Of a DNA stretch of 43,848 bases, positions 29,040-37,011 are shown piece by piece. The stretch is from the sequence record SRR16203515_660; one strand, given 5' to 3'. The translations under genes were made by a program, and so were the position numbers. Within the stretch, counting starts at the first letter, position 1, and every line of letters starts with the position of its first letter. Under the pieces are notes generated by a model. The model worked only from the letters and a program-made list of their open reading frames with translations, was not told where the DNA came from and did no database searches.

Positions 29040-29330
29040 TTAGCTTAGTAGTCCATGATCCCATTTGTTCCGCACCGTGGCCTTAGCCAAAATTGCAGAC
29101 AAAGCGGCGCGTTTTTGTACACCCAATTTGTCAAAACTTCGCCGCAAATGCCTGGACACAGTATGGGGGCTGATTTCCAAAATCCTTGCAATTTCTTTGT
29201 TTGAAAAACCTTTTGTCGTCAGCCGCGCAATTTCGTGTTCACGTGGCGTGAGTTTTTCAATTTGTGCATCTTCATGATCATCTGAATCATGTTCAAAATT
29301 TAAATGATTTCTTTGTAGGAGTGGTTGCAT
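29040..29330 (-). CDS. Stand-alone LuxR-type HTH transcriptional regulator
   Basis: LTPREHEIARLTTKGFSNKEIARILEISPHTVSRHLRRSFDKLGV. Confidence 0.88.
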   Translation of the reverse strand: MQPLLQRNHLNFEHDSDDHEDAQIEKLTPREHEIARLTTKGFSNKEIARILEISPHTVSRHLRRSFDKLGVQKRAALSAILAKATVRNKWDHGLLS

Positions 29331-29553
29331 TGAAACAGGTCCTAAAAATTTACTGATAACAAATTAACCACTTTTTAGTTTCCGAGTATTCAACGGAACA
29401 ACATTTCCGGCTTCGGTCGCTTGTTCGCCATTCTCGGTCCTCCGTTTCCTAAACATAGCGGTGGACCAGGTCAGATGGGGAGGCTCAAGATTGTAAAAAT
29501 AGCCGCGTGAATGTGGTGGCCTTATTGGGGTAGCATGAATGTAGGATGGGTGT

Positions 29554-30025
29554 TCAACCCATCAAAATTGCACCCCCATCACAGGGAAGATAGGCAATCC
29601 GCTCGCCTGTGTCCCCGCGCAAATATTCCAACACATTTGTGCCTGACCAAATTTTTATCTTCTCACCAGAATGCATCGCGCCCTGACCCACCGCTGTGCC
29701 TGTGTATTCATCCTGATAGGTATAAAACACGCGCCCCTTGCGACCATCTTCACACATGACATCTGCTTGACCCAACCCAAACGCATTGCGCGACATCCAC
29801 GTTCTTTCACACATCAGACCCGTTGATGTTGCTCCGCTAAATGTCCCTTCGCCCCGCCCAAAGGCGCGACGTTGAACCAACCCCCTCATCCCCGATGCAG
29901 GCGACAACACGGACACAATTTGCATCATCCCCTGTCATTGGACAGTGGGTTGCAGATTGCGCTGAGAGATTTTGGGGAAACAACAACAGCGCAAAAAGCA
30001 TCGTTGCGGGAAACAGATTGTTCAT
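29554..30025 (-). pseudogene. Frameshifted secreted Cys-rich hypothetical protein
   Basis: A signal-peptide ORF (30025-29837) and a downstream ORF (ending 29554) join if two single bases are restored near 29885-29868, giving ...CIGDEGVWFNGRAFGRGEG... Confidence 0.7.
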
Positions 30026-30188
30026 AAAAATTCCTAATCAAAATTCATTTTTAAACGTGCAGCAGCGCGGCCTATATGAGAAGATTAGGACATTTTGGAA
30101 ATATTCGTCGATACACAAATTTGTAAGTGATCCGTTTTTCATCGCCACCCGTATTTATTACAGGTTCATCGCTAAAAATAGATGCAAA

Positions 30189-30315
30189 GGTCGCCACGGT
30201 TAGCGGCCAGAGAACACAAGGCTCCTTTTTGTTGGCTACGAAACTTCTGTCTTATCTTGTTCTCTGACGGGCGATGAGCCGTTGTATTCAAAGATCGCAT
30301 TCGCCCGTCACTCTT
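30189..30315 (+). ncRNA. Candidate structured sRNA (three consecutive hairpins)
   Basis: GGTCGC/GCGGCC; CAGAGAACA(30208-16)/TGTTCTCTG(30258-66); TGACGGGCGA(30265-74)/TCGCCCGTCA(30301-10). No ORF; strand uncertain. Confidence 0.4.
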
Positions 30316-30330
30316 ATTCATTCACGAAAT

Positions 30331-30433
30331 AAAAAACAAAAAAGCCCCCGCAAAATCGGAGGCTTCTCTGAACGTGTATCATAAACAGGGAGGTATTTTG
30401 ACCACACGAAGCAGCTGGGAGGTTGCTGCTGTA
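30331..30433 (-). ncRNA. CCUCCC-loop (cuckoo/anti-SD-type) small RNA, 'sRNA A'
   Basis: Minus strand: AGCAGC-AACCTCCCA-GCTGCT hairpin, GTGTGGTCA...TACCTCCCTG...TGATACAC hairpin, then terminator AAGCCTCCG-ATTTTG-CGGGGGCTT plus U-tract. Confidence 0.75.
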
Positions 30434-30444
30434 CTATGAAAATA

Positions 30445-30457
30445 GCTGCAGTGCAGC
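30445..30457. promoter_or_regulatory. PhaR/AniA-like palindrome overlapping the sRNA A promoter
   Basis: GCTGCA-G-TGCAGC perfect palindrome (fits CTGC-N3-GCAG), adjacent to the CTATTT -10-like element. Confidence 0.45.
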
Positions 30458-30479
30458 ATTTTTGATAGAGCTATATTTG

Positions 30480-30508
30480 CATACCTGCCATATCACTATT
30501 GCATAGCT
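30480..30508 (-). promoter_or_regulatory. Upstream regulator motif of sRNA A (LysR-type box candidate)
   Basis: AGCTATG-N9-TATGGCAGGTATG; same layout and same 34-nt distance to CTAT as upstream of sRNA B. Confidence 0.55.
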
Positions 30509-30518
30509 ATAAAAGATG

Positions 30519-30566
30519 AAGGCGGCTCGATCATGAATTCCTCCCAAAATCCACAAGAGCCGCCTT
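30519..30566. ncRNA. Hairpin with UUCCUCCC (+) / GGGAGGAA (-) loop
   Basis: 10-bp perfect stem AAGGCGGCTC/GAGCCGCCTT enclosing ATTCCTCCC; a second small hairpin at 30572-30583; TTGACA on the minus strand near 30613-30618. Confidence 0.5.
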
Positions 30567-30745
30567 AATCGTCCGAAACCGGATGGCAGCATAGTCATCA
30601 ATTTCAGGCACCTGTCAATCCAATTTCTAAGATTTTCGATTAACGTTGTTGGGCGGTCTTTCTTGATGACGGTCGCAAATAGGCATTCAAATTCTTCACA
30701 TTGGAATTAAGGTACAGTTTATATGTCTGATGAGGTGAACGAAAC

Positions 30746-31528
30746 ATGTCCGAATTAAATCGCTATATTGATATGGACGCCCATGCGATCCAAACAGAGG
30801 GATTCCGTCATGCTTGCAAGGCGCAATTGGACACCAATGGGGTCCTAAAGCTTGATGATTTTTTACGGCCTGAAACCCTGACACAACTGATAACTGAGGC
30901 TGATGATGCACGTGACGGCGCATATTACACGGTAGCAAAGCACAACGTTTATTTGACAAAACCAAACGACAATCTGCCTCAGAATCACATTTTCAATCGT
31001 CAGCTCAGCACATCCAAAGGCTGCATCTGTACGGATCAGGTTCCCGAACACTCCCCCTTGATGATGATTTACAATTCCGCTGAATTCCAATCCTTCATCG
31101 CCTCGGTTGTTGGCCAAGATGCACTATATCCCTATGCCGACCCCCTGTCGTCGGTGAACGTACACTATGCAAATGAGGGACAAGAATTAAATTGGCATTT
31201 TGACAATTCGGAATTTGCAATCACGCTTCTCTTGCAAAGCCCGAAGGCGGGGGGCGATTTTGAATACGTCAAAGATTTGCGTGACGCAGACGCAGGCGAC
31301 ATGAATTATGATGGCGTATCGGCTGTTGTCGACGGGCATTCACCTGTCGAAAAATTACACATCGATCCCGGCACACTTGTTCTATTTCGGGGACGTAATT
31401 CTATGCATCGCGTGACACCCATTGTCGGTGATACCCAACGTATTTTGGTGGTCTTGGCCTATAACTCAGAACCCAACATCGCATTGTCAGAAACGGCGCG
31501 ACAAACATTCTATGGTCGATTGGGGTAA
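30746..31528 (+). CDS. 2-oxoglutarate/Fe(II) dioxygenase (ArpA/HalD/BesD-related, HxD form)
   Basis: LNWHFD...MHRVTP facial triad and a distal Arg (QRILV); GAGGTG RBS. Confidence 0.85.
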   Translation: MSELNRYIDMDAHAIQTEGFRHACKAQLDTNGVLKLDDFLRPETLTQLITEADDARDGAYYTVAKHNVYLTKPNDNLPQNHIFNRQLSTSKGCICTDQVPEHSPLMMIYNSAEFQSFIASVVGQDALYPYADPLSSVNVHYANEGQELNWHFDNSEFAITLLLQSPKAGGDFEYVKDLRDADAGDMNYDGVSAVVDGHSPVEKLHIDPGTLVLFRGRNSMHRVTPIVGDTQRILVVLAYNSEPNIALSETARQTFYGRLG

Positions 31529-31556
31529 GTTAGCAGCAGTCATGTATTCAAGGCAA

Positions 31557-31585
31557 AGCTATGTCATTTTTGCATAGCGGGCATG
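31557..31585 (+). promoter_or_regulatory. Upstream regulator motif of sRNA B (LysR-type T-N11-A box)
   Basis: AGCTATG-N9-CATAGCGGGCATG; T-N11-A at 31571-31583; 34 nt upstream of CTATGT. Confidence 0.55.
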
Positions 31586-31632
31586 AGAACTTATCAGTGT
31601 TTTTTGTCAGAATCGACTGCTATGTTCAAATC

Positions 31633-31734
31633 AACGGTGATGAACCTCCCTGCATCGCTTTCGAAAGTTCGCATCACCTCCTCCCATCGATGCGAACCTG
31701 ACGCAAAAGGCCTCCGTTCTGCGGAGGTTTTTTT
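31633..31734 (+). ncRNA. CCUCCUCCC-loop (cuckoo/CcsR-like) small RNA, 'sRNA B'
   Basis: GGTGATG-AACCTCCCTG-CATCGCT hairpin; GTTCGCATC-ACCTCCTCCCATC-GATGCGAAC hairpin; terminator GGCCTCCG-TTCTG-CGGAGGTTTTTTT. Confidence 0.85.
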
Positions 31735-31814
31735 GCATCTAGGGCCTAGGCCCAGTGAAAACCGCCCAAATCCACTTAATTTGAAATGATGTCGTGTAAC
31801 GCTAATTGCAGGTT

Positions 31815-32012
31815 ATGGGCGAGGACAGACTTCAATTTTCATATCGAGCATTTCTACTGGATCATGCAGTGAAATTTGGGGCCGATCTAAACAATCGGTT
31901 TACGCAATATGATATTTGTCGCCAACGGGGCTGGATTGATGATTTAGGTCACGTCACAAAGGATGGCATTGAAGAGGTCAGATTTGCCAAACAGATCAGG
32001 GTCGTCAAATAG
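31815..32012 (+). CDS. Small hypothetical protein (65 aa)
   Basis: Intergenic ORF with plausible composition, converging on DUF3833 with a 17-bp gap; weak RBS. Confidence 0.4.
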   Translation: MGEDRLQFSYRAFLLDHAVKFGADLNNRFTQYDICRQRGWIDDLGHVTKDGIEEVRFAKQIRVVK

Positions 32013-32029
32013 TGCAGATCGAACAGGCC

Positions 32030-32563
32030 TTATTTCACCTTTTCAAACATAATGGTCACCTCGCCCACTGGGATGCCCCATTTTGACATATAGGCTTTGT
32101 TCAACACGCGCGTTTCGGACAACATCCACATGTAATCCTTAAACGATACGCGCATTTCCCCACTGGGTAGCGGCAGGTCGATGGTGTAGGCCCAATAGAA
32201 CATGTCCCCATCAATTTCACCCTCTGCGCCGCCAACAACGCCATCTGCATGGCCCTGCCATTCGTTGTCGCCATTTTTGGTCAGGGTCCAAATCCGCTGT
32301 TCCGCTGTACCATCGGAATACACAAAATCCTCAACCAGAACCAAATTATTGCCGTCCCAAGATCCGTTGATTGTCACATTGAAACGACGCGAGACATTAC
32401 CCAAAACATCCTGAAATTGGCCATGTGCCATGGTTTCACCGACAAAAAAATCAACCAGTGAAAAATCAAGATTGGATAGTTTTTCATCGTCAATTGATGG
32501 TTTTAGCCCGCATCCAACAACCAATACCGCAGGCATCAAAACCTTGAGGAATTTTAACATCAT
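32030..32563 (-). CDS. DUF3833 family lipoprotein
   Basis: Lipobox LVVGC; FFVGETMAHGQFQD, EDFVYSDG..QRIW and KWGIPVGEV pattern. Confidence 0.85.
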   Translation of the reverse strand: MMLKFLKVLMPAVLVVGCGLKPSIDDEKLSNLDFSLVDFFVGETMAHGQFQDVLGNVSRRFNVTINGSWDGNNLVLVEDFVYSDGTAEQRIWTLTKNGDNEWQGHADGVVGGAEGEIDGDMFYWAYTIDLPLPSGEMRVSFKDYMWMLSETRVLNKAYMSKWGIPVGEVTIMFEKVK

Positions 32564-32685
32564 GTGCCCCTTAGCTACGTGTTTTTATCTCATTTACGAA
32601 GGAGAGACGCAAAAGGATCACTTGATGATGTAATAACTTCTGGACACTTATGCCATTTGATATGACATGTCGTATTTTTGCCGAT

Positions 32686-33078
32686 TTAGTCAGAGATTTG
32701 AGCGCCGTAGGATTGCAGTTCACTCAAGGCTGCAGCCGGCAAGTACTTGCTTGAAAACTGAAGAATAATTGCATTTGCAAACAACACTGTTCCATCAAAT
32801 TCGCCCAATACAATGGCGGGATTTCCATCTTCGAACTCTTGTGGCAATTGACCCTGGTATATCACAGGAATGCTTACGGATTTGTCAGAGACCATAAACT
32901 GCACACCACTTGCCTCAGTCGTTTGAACATCGGTTGCAATCCCAAATAGATTCACGGCACGCGCATTTTGCGATGCGAATTCGGATACTTCGCTGGGAAA
33001 CAGAAAATAACGCGTTTGCGCAAATGCAGTCGAGGCGAAAATACCCAATGCAATTGCGATGCCGATAACGTATTTCAT
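32686..33078 (-). CDS. CcmE-like OB-fold protein lacking the heme-attachment His
   Basis: YFLFPSEV, FMVSD, IPVIYQGQLPQEFEDG and ILQFSSKYLP parallel the CcmE motifs YFxxPSE, FxVTD, VxYxGILPDLFREG and VLAKHDENYMP; GGAG RBS. Confidence 0.72.
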   Translation of the reverse strand: MKYVIGIAIALGIFASTAFAQTRYFLFPSEVSEFASQNARAVNLFGIATDVQTTEASGVQFMVSDKSVSIPVIYQGQLPQEFEDGNPAIVLGEFDGTVLFANAIILQFSSKYLPAAALSELQSYGAQISD

Positions 33079-33262
33079 GTCTTTGTCTCCTGCTTATGCG
33101 CCGCTGAAGCAAACCACCTTGCGACAGATGCGTGCACTAAAGCCGCAATTTGCAGATAAGACAAGTCATGCAAGTTCCAAATAAGCGATCAAGACGAATA
33201 CGGTTGATTTGATCGCCTAGCGCGATAGTCTGAAGCCACGCGATAGATGAAAGCCCGTTACC

Positions 33263-33451
33263 ATGGATAATCTGTTAAACCCCCAAAATGCCCATATTCA
33301 ACGCTGTCCCCGATGCGCCGCGCCGCTAAGGACAATCGTTGTTCACGGGCACGAGGCCTGTGCACATTGTAAATCAAACATTATGGAATGTTGCACAGGA
33401 GACACCTGTGAAACAGATTTCAATTTGGCCCAAGGGTATCAGCGCAGCTGA
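33263..33451 (+). CDS. Small Cys-rich (zinc-ribbon-like) protein
   Basis: CPRC...VHGHEACAHC...ECCTGDTC. Confidence 0.65.
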   Translation: MDNLLNPQNAHIQRCPRCAAPLRTIVVHGHEACAHCKSNIMECCTGDTCETDFNLAQGYQRS

Positions 33452-33465
33452 TTTCACACATCTGT

Positions 33466-34014
33466 TCAGGTCAAATCAACCCACGTCACCCTGGCGCAAA
33501 TCTTATCGAAAAAACTGTTCAATCCGTCGACGGATATGCCCAATGTTCTGTCGTTTACCAATGGATGCACATAAATCTGCTTGCAAGATTGCAGTTCAGC
33601 GTCCATGAAAATCTGAACATTCGATTTCACCCCATTGATCATCGAAAGTGGCGTAACCGCACCCGGGCGCACACCCAAATTCTCCATCAATCGATCCGCG
33701 GATCCAAACGATAAACGCCCTGTCCCCAATTTTTGATGCAGCGCTTTTAAGTCAATAACGCGATCTTGTTCGGCCACGATCAAATAGTTGCGTTTTTTGT
33801 TATCGCGCAAATATAGGTTTTTGATGTGCCCCCCGCCCTCTTCACTGGGCAAAAACATATCCTGGACTTTTTTTGAATCCTCAACTGTGCGCAGGGGAAC
33901 ATGATCGGCCCGTGTATACGCAATGCCCCATGCATCCAACAACGCCAACACATCGTCCGAAGTTACAGGCAGGCTGTCCTGATATTTTGAGGAGGCATCA
34001 ATTATTTCAGGCAA
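33466..34014 (-). CDS. YbaK/ProX aminoacyl-tRNA editing domain protein
   Basis: KNLYLRD, RLSFGS, LGVRPGAVTPL and HPLVNDRT motifs. Confidence 0.9.
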   Translation of the reverse strand: MPEIIDASSKYQDSLPVTSDDVLALLDAWGIAYTRADHVPLRTVEDSKKVQDMFLPSEEGGGHIKNLYLRDNKKRNYLIVAEQDRVIDLKALHQKLGTGRLSFGSADRLMENLGVRPGAVTPLSMINGVKSNVQIFMDAELQSCKQIYVHPLVNDRTLGISVDGLNSFFDKICARVTWVDLT

Positions 34015-34044
34015 CTTGGCGGACTTCCTTTTTCACCCACATGG

Positions 34045-35250
34045 TCATGCATTATTCGGTCTTTCAAAACGTTTCAATCTGTGAACCACAATCGCCCCAA
34101 GAACGGCAAAAACAGCGACACCAAAAATCATAACAAACAGCGTCCCATCAAAAAACTGGCCCAAAATCGCGGCAAAAATGACCGATCCGATTGTGGCCAG
34201 CCCACTAATCACACTGGCGGCTGTGCCCGCGATATGACCAACGGGTTCCATGGCCAGTGCGGTCAGGTTCCCGATTGTCATCCCCGCCATGAAAAACAGT
34301 GAAAAAATCCATGTGACAAAAATCACAAAGCCAACGGTATCCCTCATCATATCCGCATACCAAAGCATCAGCATAACACAACTCAGCACGACTTGAACCT
34401 GAAAGGCCACATTTATCAGCGCACGCATCCCAAAACGACGTACCAATTGGGCATTTAAAAAACTGGAAACGGCAGACAAAATCGCGACCAAAGCAAACCA
34501 ATAGGGAAACGATGCGCTACGATCATACACCTGATCAAACACAGGCTGCACCAAAAAGATGGCAACAAACAAAATACAATAGGCAAAGATGAGGCCTATG
34601 ATTGAAGTGACAATCACAGAATGCCCCAGAACCTCTTCTACGGCGGCGCTGATTGTGCTCAATCTGAATGGGATGCGCATGTTCACTGGGACGCTTTCGC
34701 CGATCCGCATGGACATCCAAAACGTGCTGATAGCCACAAAGAGGATAAAGAGGCCAAAGATCGCCTGCCACGTAAAAGCCAGCATTACAAATGAACCCAT
34801 CAATGGGGCCAAGGCAGGTACAGTGGAAAAAATAATCATAACAAAGGATGAGATGCGCGCCATTTCACGCCCCTGATAAAAATCACGGATCAGCGCCTGG
34901 GAAACAACCCGTGGGGCAGATGCGCCAATTCCCTGACCAAGCCGTGCAAGCAATAACACATCAAAATTATCGGTTGTGGCGCATATCAAGGCGCAGAAAA
35001 TATACAACACCGCACCACAGTGTATCACGCGTTTTCGTCCAAAACTGTCGGAGATCGGCCCCATGAAAAATGTGCCAACAGCCATTCCAACAACAAAAGA
35101 CGATAAAACAAATTGCGCACGATTAGGATCATCAGGCGTCATATCATCCGCAATCATTGAAAGCGCGGGCAATAAACCATCCATGGATAATGCGACTGTT
35201 GCGACCAACATGGCCATGATCGCCACAAACTCGGGTGTACTTATTCGCAC
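34045..35250 (-). CDS. Bcr/CflA family MFS drug/metabolite efflux transporter
   Basis: DGLLPAL, GPISDSFGRKRV, RDFYQGREMAR and PALAPLMG; 12-TM pattern. Confidence 0.92.
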   Translation of the reverse strand: MRISTPEFVAIMAMLVATVALSMDGLLPALSMIADDMTPDDPNRAQFVLSSFVVGMAVGTFFMGPISDSFGRKRVIHCGAVLYIFCALICATTDNFDVLLLARLGQGIGASAPRVVSQALIRDFYQGREMARISSFVMIIFSTVPALAPLMGSFVMLAFTWQAIFGLFILFVAISTFWMSMRIGESVPVNMRIPFRLSTISAAVEEVLGHSVIVTSIIGLIFAYCILFVAIFLVQPVFDQVYDRSASFPYWFALVAILSAVSSFLNAQLVRRFGMRALINVAFQVQVVLSCVMLMLWYADMMRDTVGFVIFVTWIFSLFFMAGMTIGNLTALAMEPVGHIAGTAASVISGLATIGSVIFAAILGQFFDGTLFVMIFGVAVFAVLGAIVVHRLKRFERPNNA

Positions 35251-35275
35251 ATCGCTACCTATTGAAAAATATAAA

Positions 35276-36133
35276 TTAAATGTGTCTTTGAATTATAACA
35301 ATATTATAAACAACTAACGCACTTAGGATGAAAATACCACCAAGAATGGTCGACTGGGCCGGAATCTCTGACAATACCAACCACGCAAGGATTGGCGCGA
35401 ATACCGACTCCAATAAGATCAATAACGAAACCTCGGTCGCGGAAATATAACGCGGACCCAACGTCAAACCACAGGTCGACACCGCAATCAGCACCCCATG
35501 CATCACATAGAGGGCACCATCCGTCGCCATGGTTTCAAATGGCTCGATAAACCAAAACATAACACAGGCCGCGCCAATGTATCCAATCGGGATCGCCGGC
35601 AACATGGATATATGCTTTTGCCGTCTTAGCAGGGTCAATGCAGTTGAAAACGCAATCACGATATAGACCGCCCACAAATCCCCGATCCAATGTGCCGTGG
35701 CCCCACCACTTGATCCTAATCCGATGATGGCCAGGCCCACAAAAACAAAACAACTGGTCATCAACAATTTACGACTGGGCCTTTCTGACAGGAACAGAAA
35801 ACCTAGAATGGCGGAGAAAACGGGCATGGATGCAAAAATCAAAACAACATTGGCGACACTGGTGTTTTGAACCGCAAGCACAAATGCAGGGGATGTTGTT
35901 CCGATCAAGACACAGTACATCCACCCCGCGCGCCCCATCTGGGTGATTGTTTTCATCACCTCATCGCGCATGGTCAGCAAGACGAAAATCGCCACAAATG
36001 TCCCGGCGGTCAAACTGCGCCAAAACGCGGTGACCATGGGGTCGGATGAGATTAAACGCACAATGATTGAGTCAGGGACAACAAACAAAACACCGATCAG
36101 GGTGATCAATAAACCTTTGCTGTGGTCGTTCAT
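35276..36133 (-). CDS. DMT/EamA family transporter
   Basis: Two EamA repeats; TSVANV, LSERP and LLESVFAP. Confidence 0.88.
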   Translation of the reverse strand: MNDHSKGLLITLIGVLFVVPDSIIVRLISSDPMVTAFWRSLTAGTFVAIFVLLTMRDEVMKTITQMGRAGWMYCVLIGTTSPAFVLAVQNTSVANVVLIFASMPVFSAILGFLFLSERPSRKLLMTSCFVFVGLAIIGLGSSGGATAHWIGDLWAVYIVIAFSTALTLLRRQKHISMLPAIPIGYIGAACVMFWFIEPFETMATDGALYVMHGVLIAVSTCGLTLGPRYISATEVSLLILLESVFAPILAWLVLSEIPAQSTILGGIFILSALVVYNIVIIQRHI

Positions 36134-36350
36134 TCGAATGGCACCCTAATTCAGATGTGTGGCGTCGGCGGCTGTGCGAATGTGCGCTAGCCGAACCGTT
36201 TATCGTAGCACAAGTTACACAGGCGTTCCGTCTTTGGCCATGAATGTTGCGAATTAATCACACCAAAATCCACTGACGATAAATACGATCATAATGACAC
36301 TAATTTATGCTAAATTGATGAAATAAAATAATAATAAATGAGGCAAATCA

Positions 36351-36497
36351 ATGAGCTATGCGGACCAAAATCTGAGGGATATATACCAATATCGCTCAAA
36401 CTTTGAACGTAATGAACGTGTTTATCTGGCGAAAAAAGTGGCAATAATGTCGATACTTTTGATCGTCACCAGTGCGCTTGGGGTCTATCTAGGATAA
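36351..36497 (+). CDS. Unannotated 48-aa protein with C-terminal TM helix
   Basis: MSYADQNLRDIYQYRSNFERNERVYLAKKVAIMSILLIVTSALGVYLG; GAGG RBS at 36340; AT-rich upstream region. Confidence 0.55.
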   Translation: MSYADQNLRDIYQYRSNFERNERVYLAKKVAIMSILLIVTSALGVYLG

Positions 36498-36545
36498 TGT
36501 AACAATCTGCATGACAGGTTGGTTGGCACCAACAACATTGACCCG

Positions 36546-37010
36546 TTATGAATTAATACGCATCGCACGCGCACGGCGTGCGATTTGAGATTTCTGTGTG
36601 TCGGATATGATCAACTCGTTTAACCGCGCTGCAATATCCAATGGAATAGGCGCACCCTTGGGGGTTGGTTTTTGGCAGACATGCATTTCCATCAATTCCG
36701 AAATCGCCACATCGTGACCACCACTTTTCATCACACAGTATAGATGAAACACTTTCTCTGAAACACCCAATACATTGATTTGAACAGTTATGGGATCTGA
36801 CTCTTTCACCTCACGCAGGAAATATTTGTGTTCCTCAACTAAATATATGGTGCAGTCGGTTTCCGTACGATAGGCTATGTCAAATCCAACCCAATCCTGA
36901 AAGGCATCAACGGCGTAGCTAAACACTAAACCGTAATATGCATCCTGCATATGACCGTTGTAATCAATCCATTCGGGTTTCACAGATGTATTGTATTCAA
37001 AAGGCATCAT
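36546..37010 (-). CDS. 4HBT-like acyl-CoA thioesterase (similar to the carnitine-dehydrogenase-associated thioesterase)
   Basis: VKPEWIDYNGHMQDAYY and YLVEEHKYFLREV. Confidence 0.85.
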   Translation of the reverse strand: MMPFEYNTSVKPEWIDYNGHMQDAYYGLVFSYAVDAFQDWVGFDIAYRTETDCTIYLVEEHKYFLREVKESDPITVQINVLGVSEKVFHLYCVMKSGGHDVAISELMEMHVCQKPTPKGAPIPLDIAARLNELIISDTQKSQIARRARAMRINS

Positions 37011-37011
37011 G

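Noticed and set aside
30746-31528. Halogenase call
   Set aside because: The HxD Asp is retained.
31583-31789. 68-aa ORF
   Set aside because: It overlaps the sRNA B hairpins and terminator; the non-coding reading explains the sequence better.
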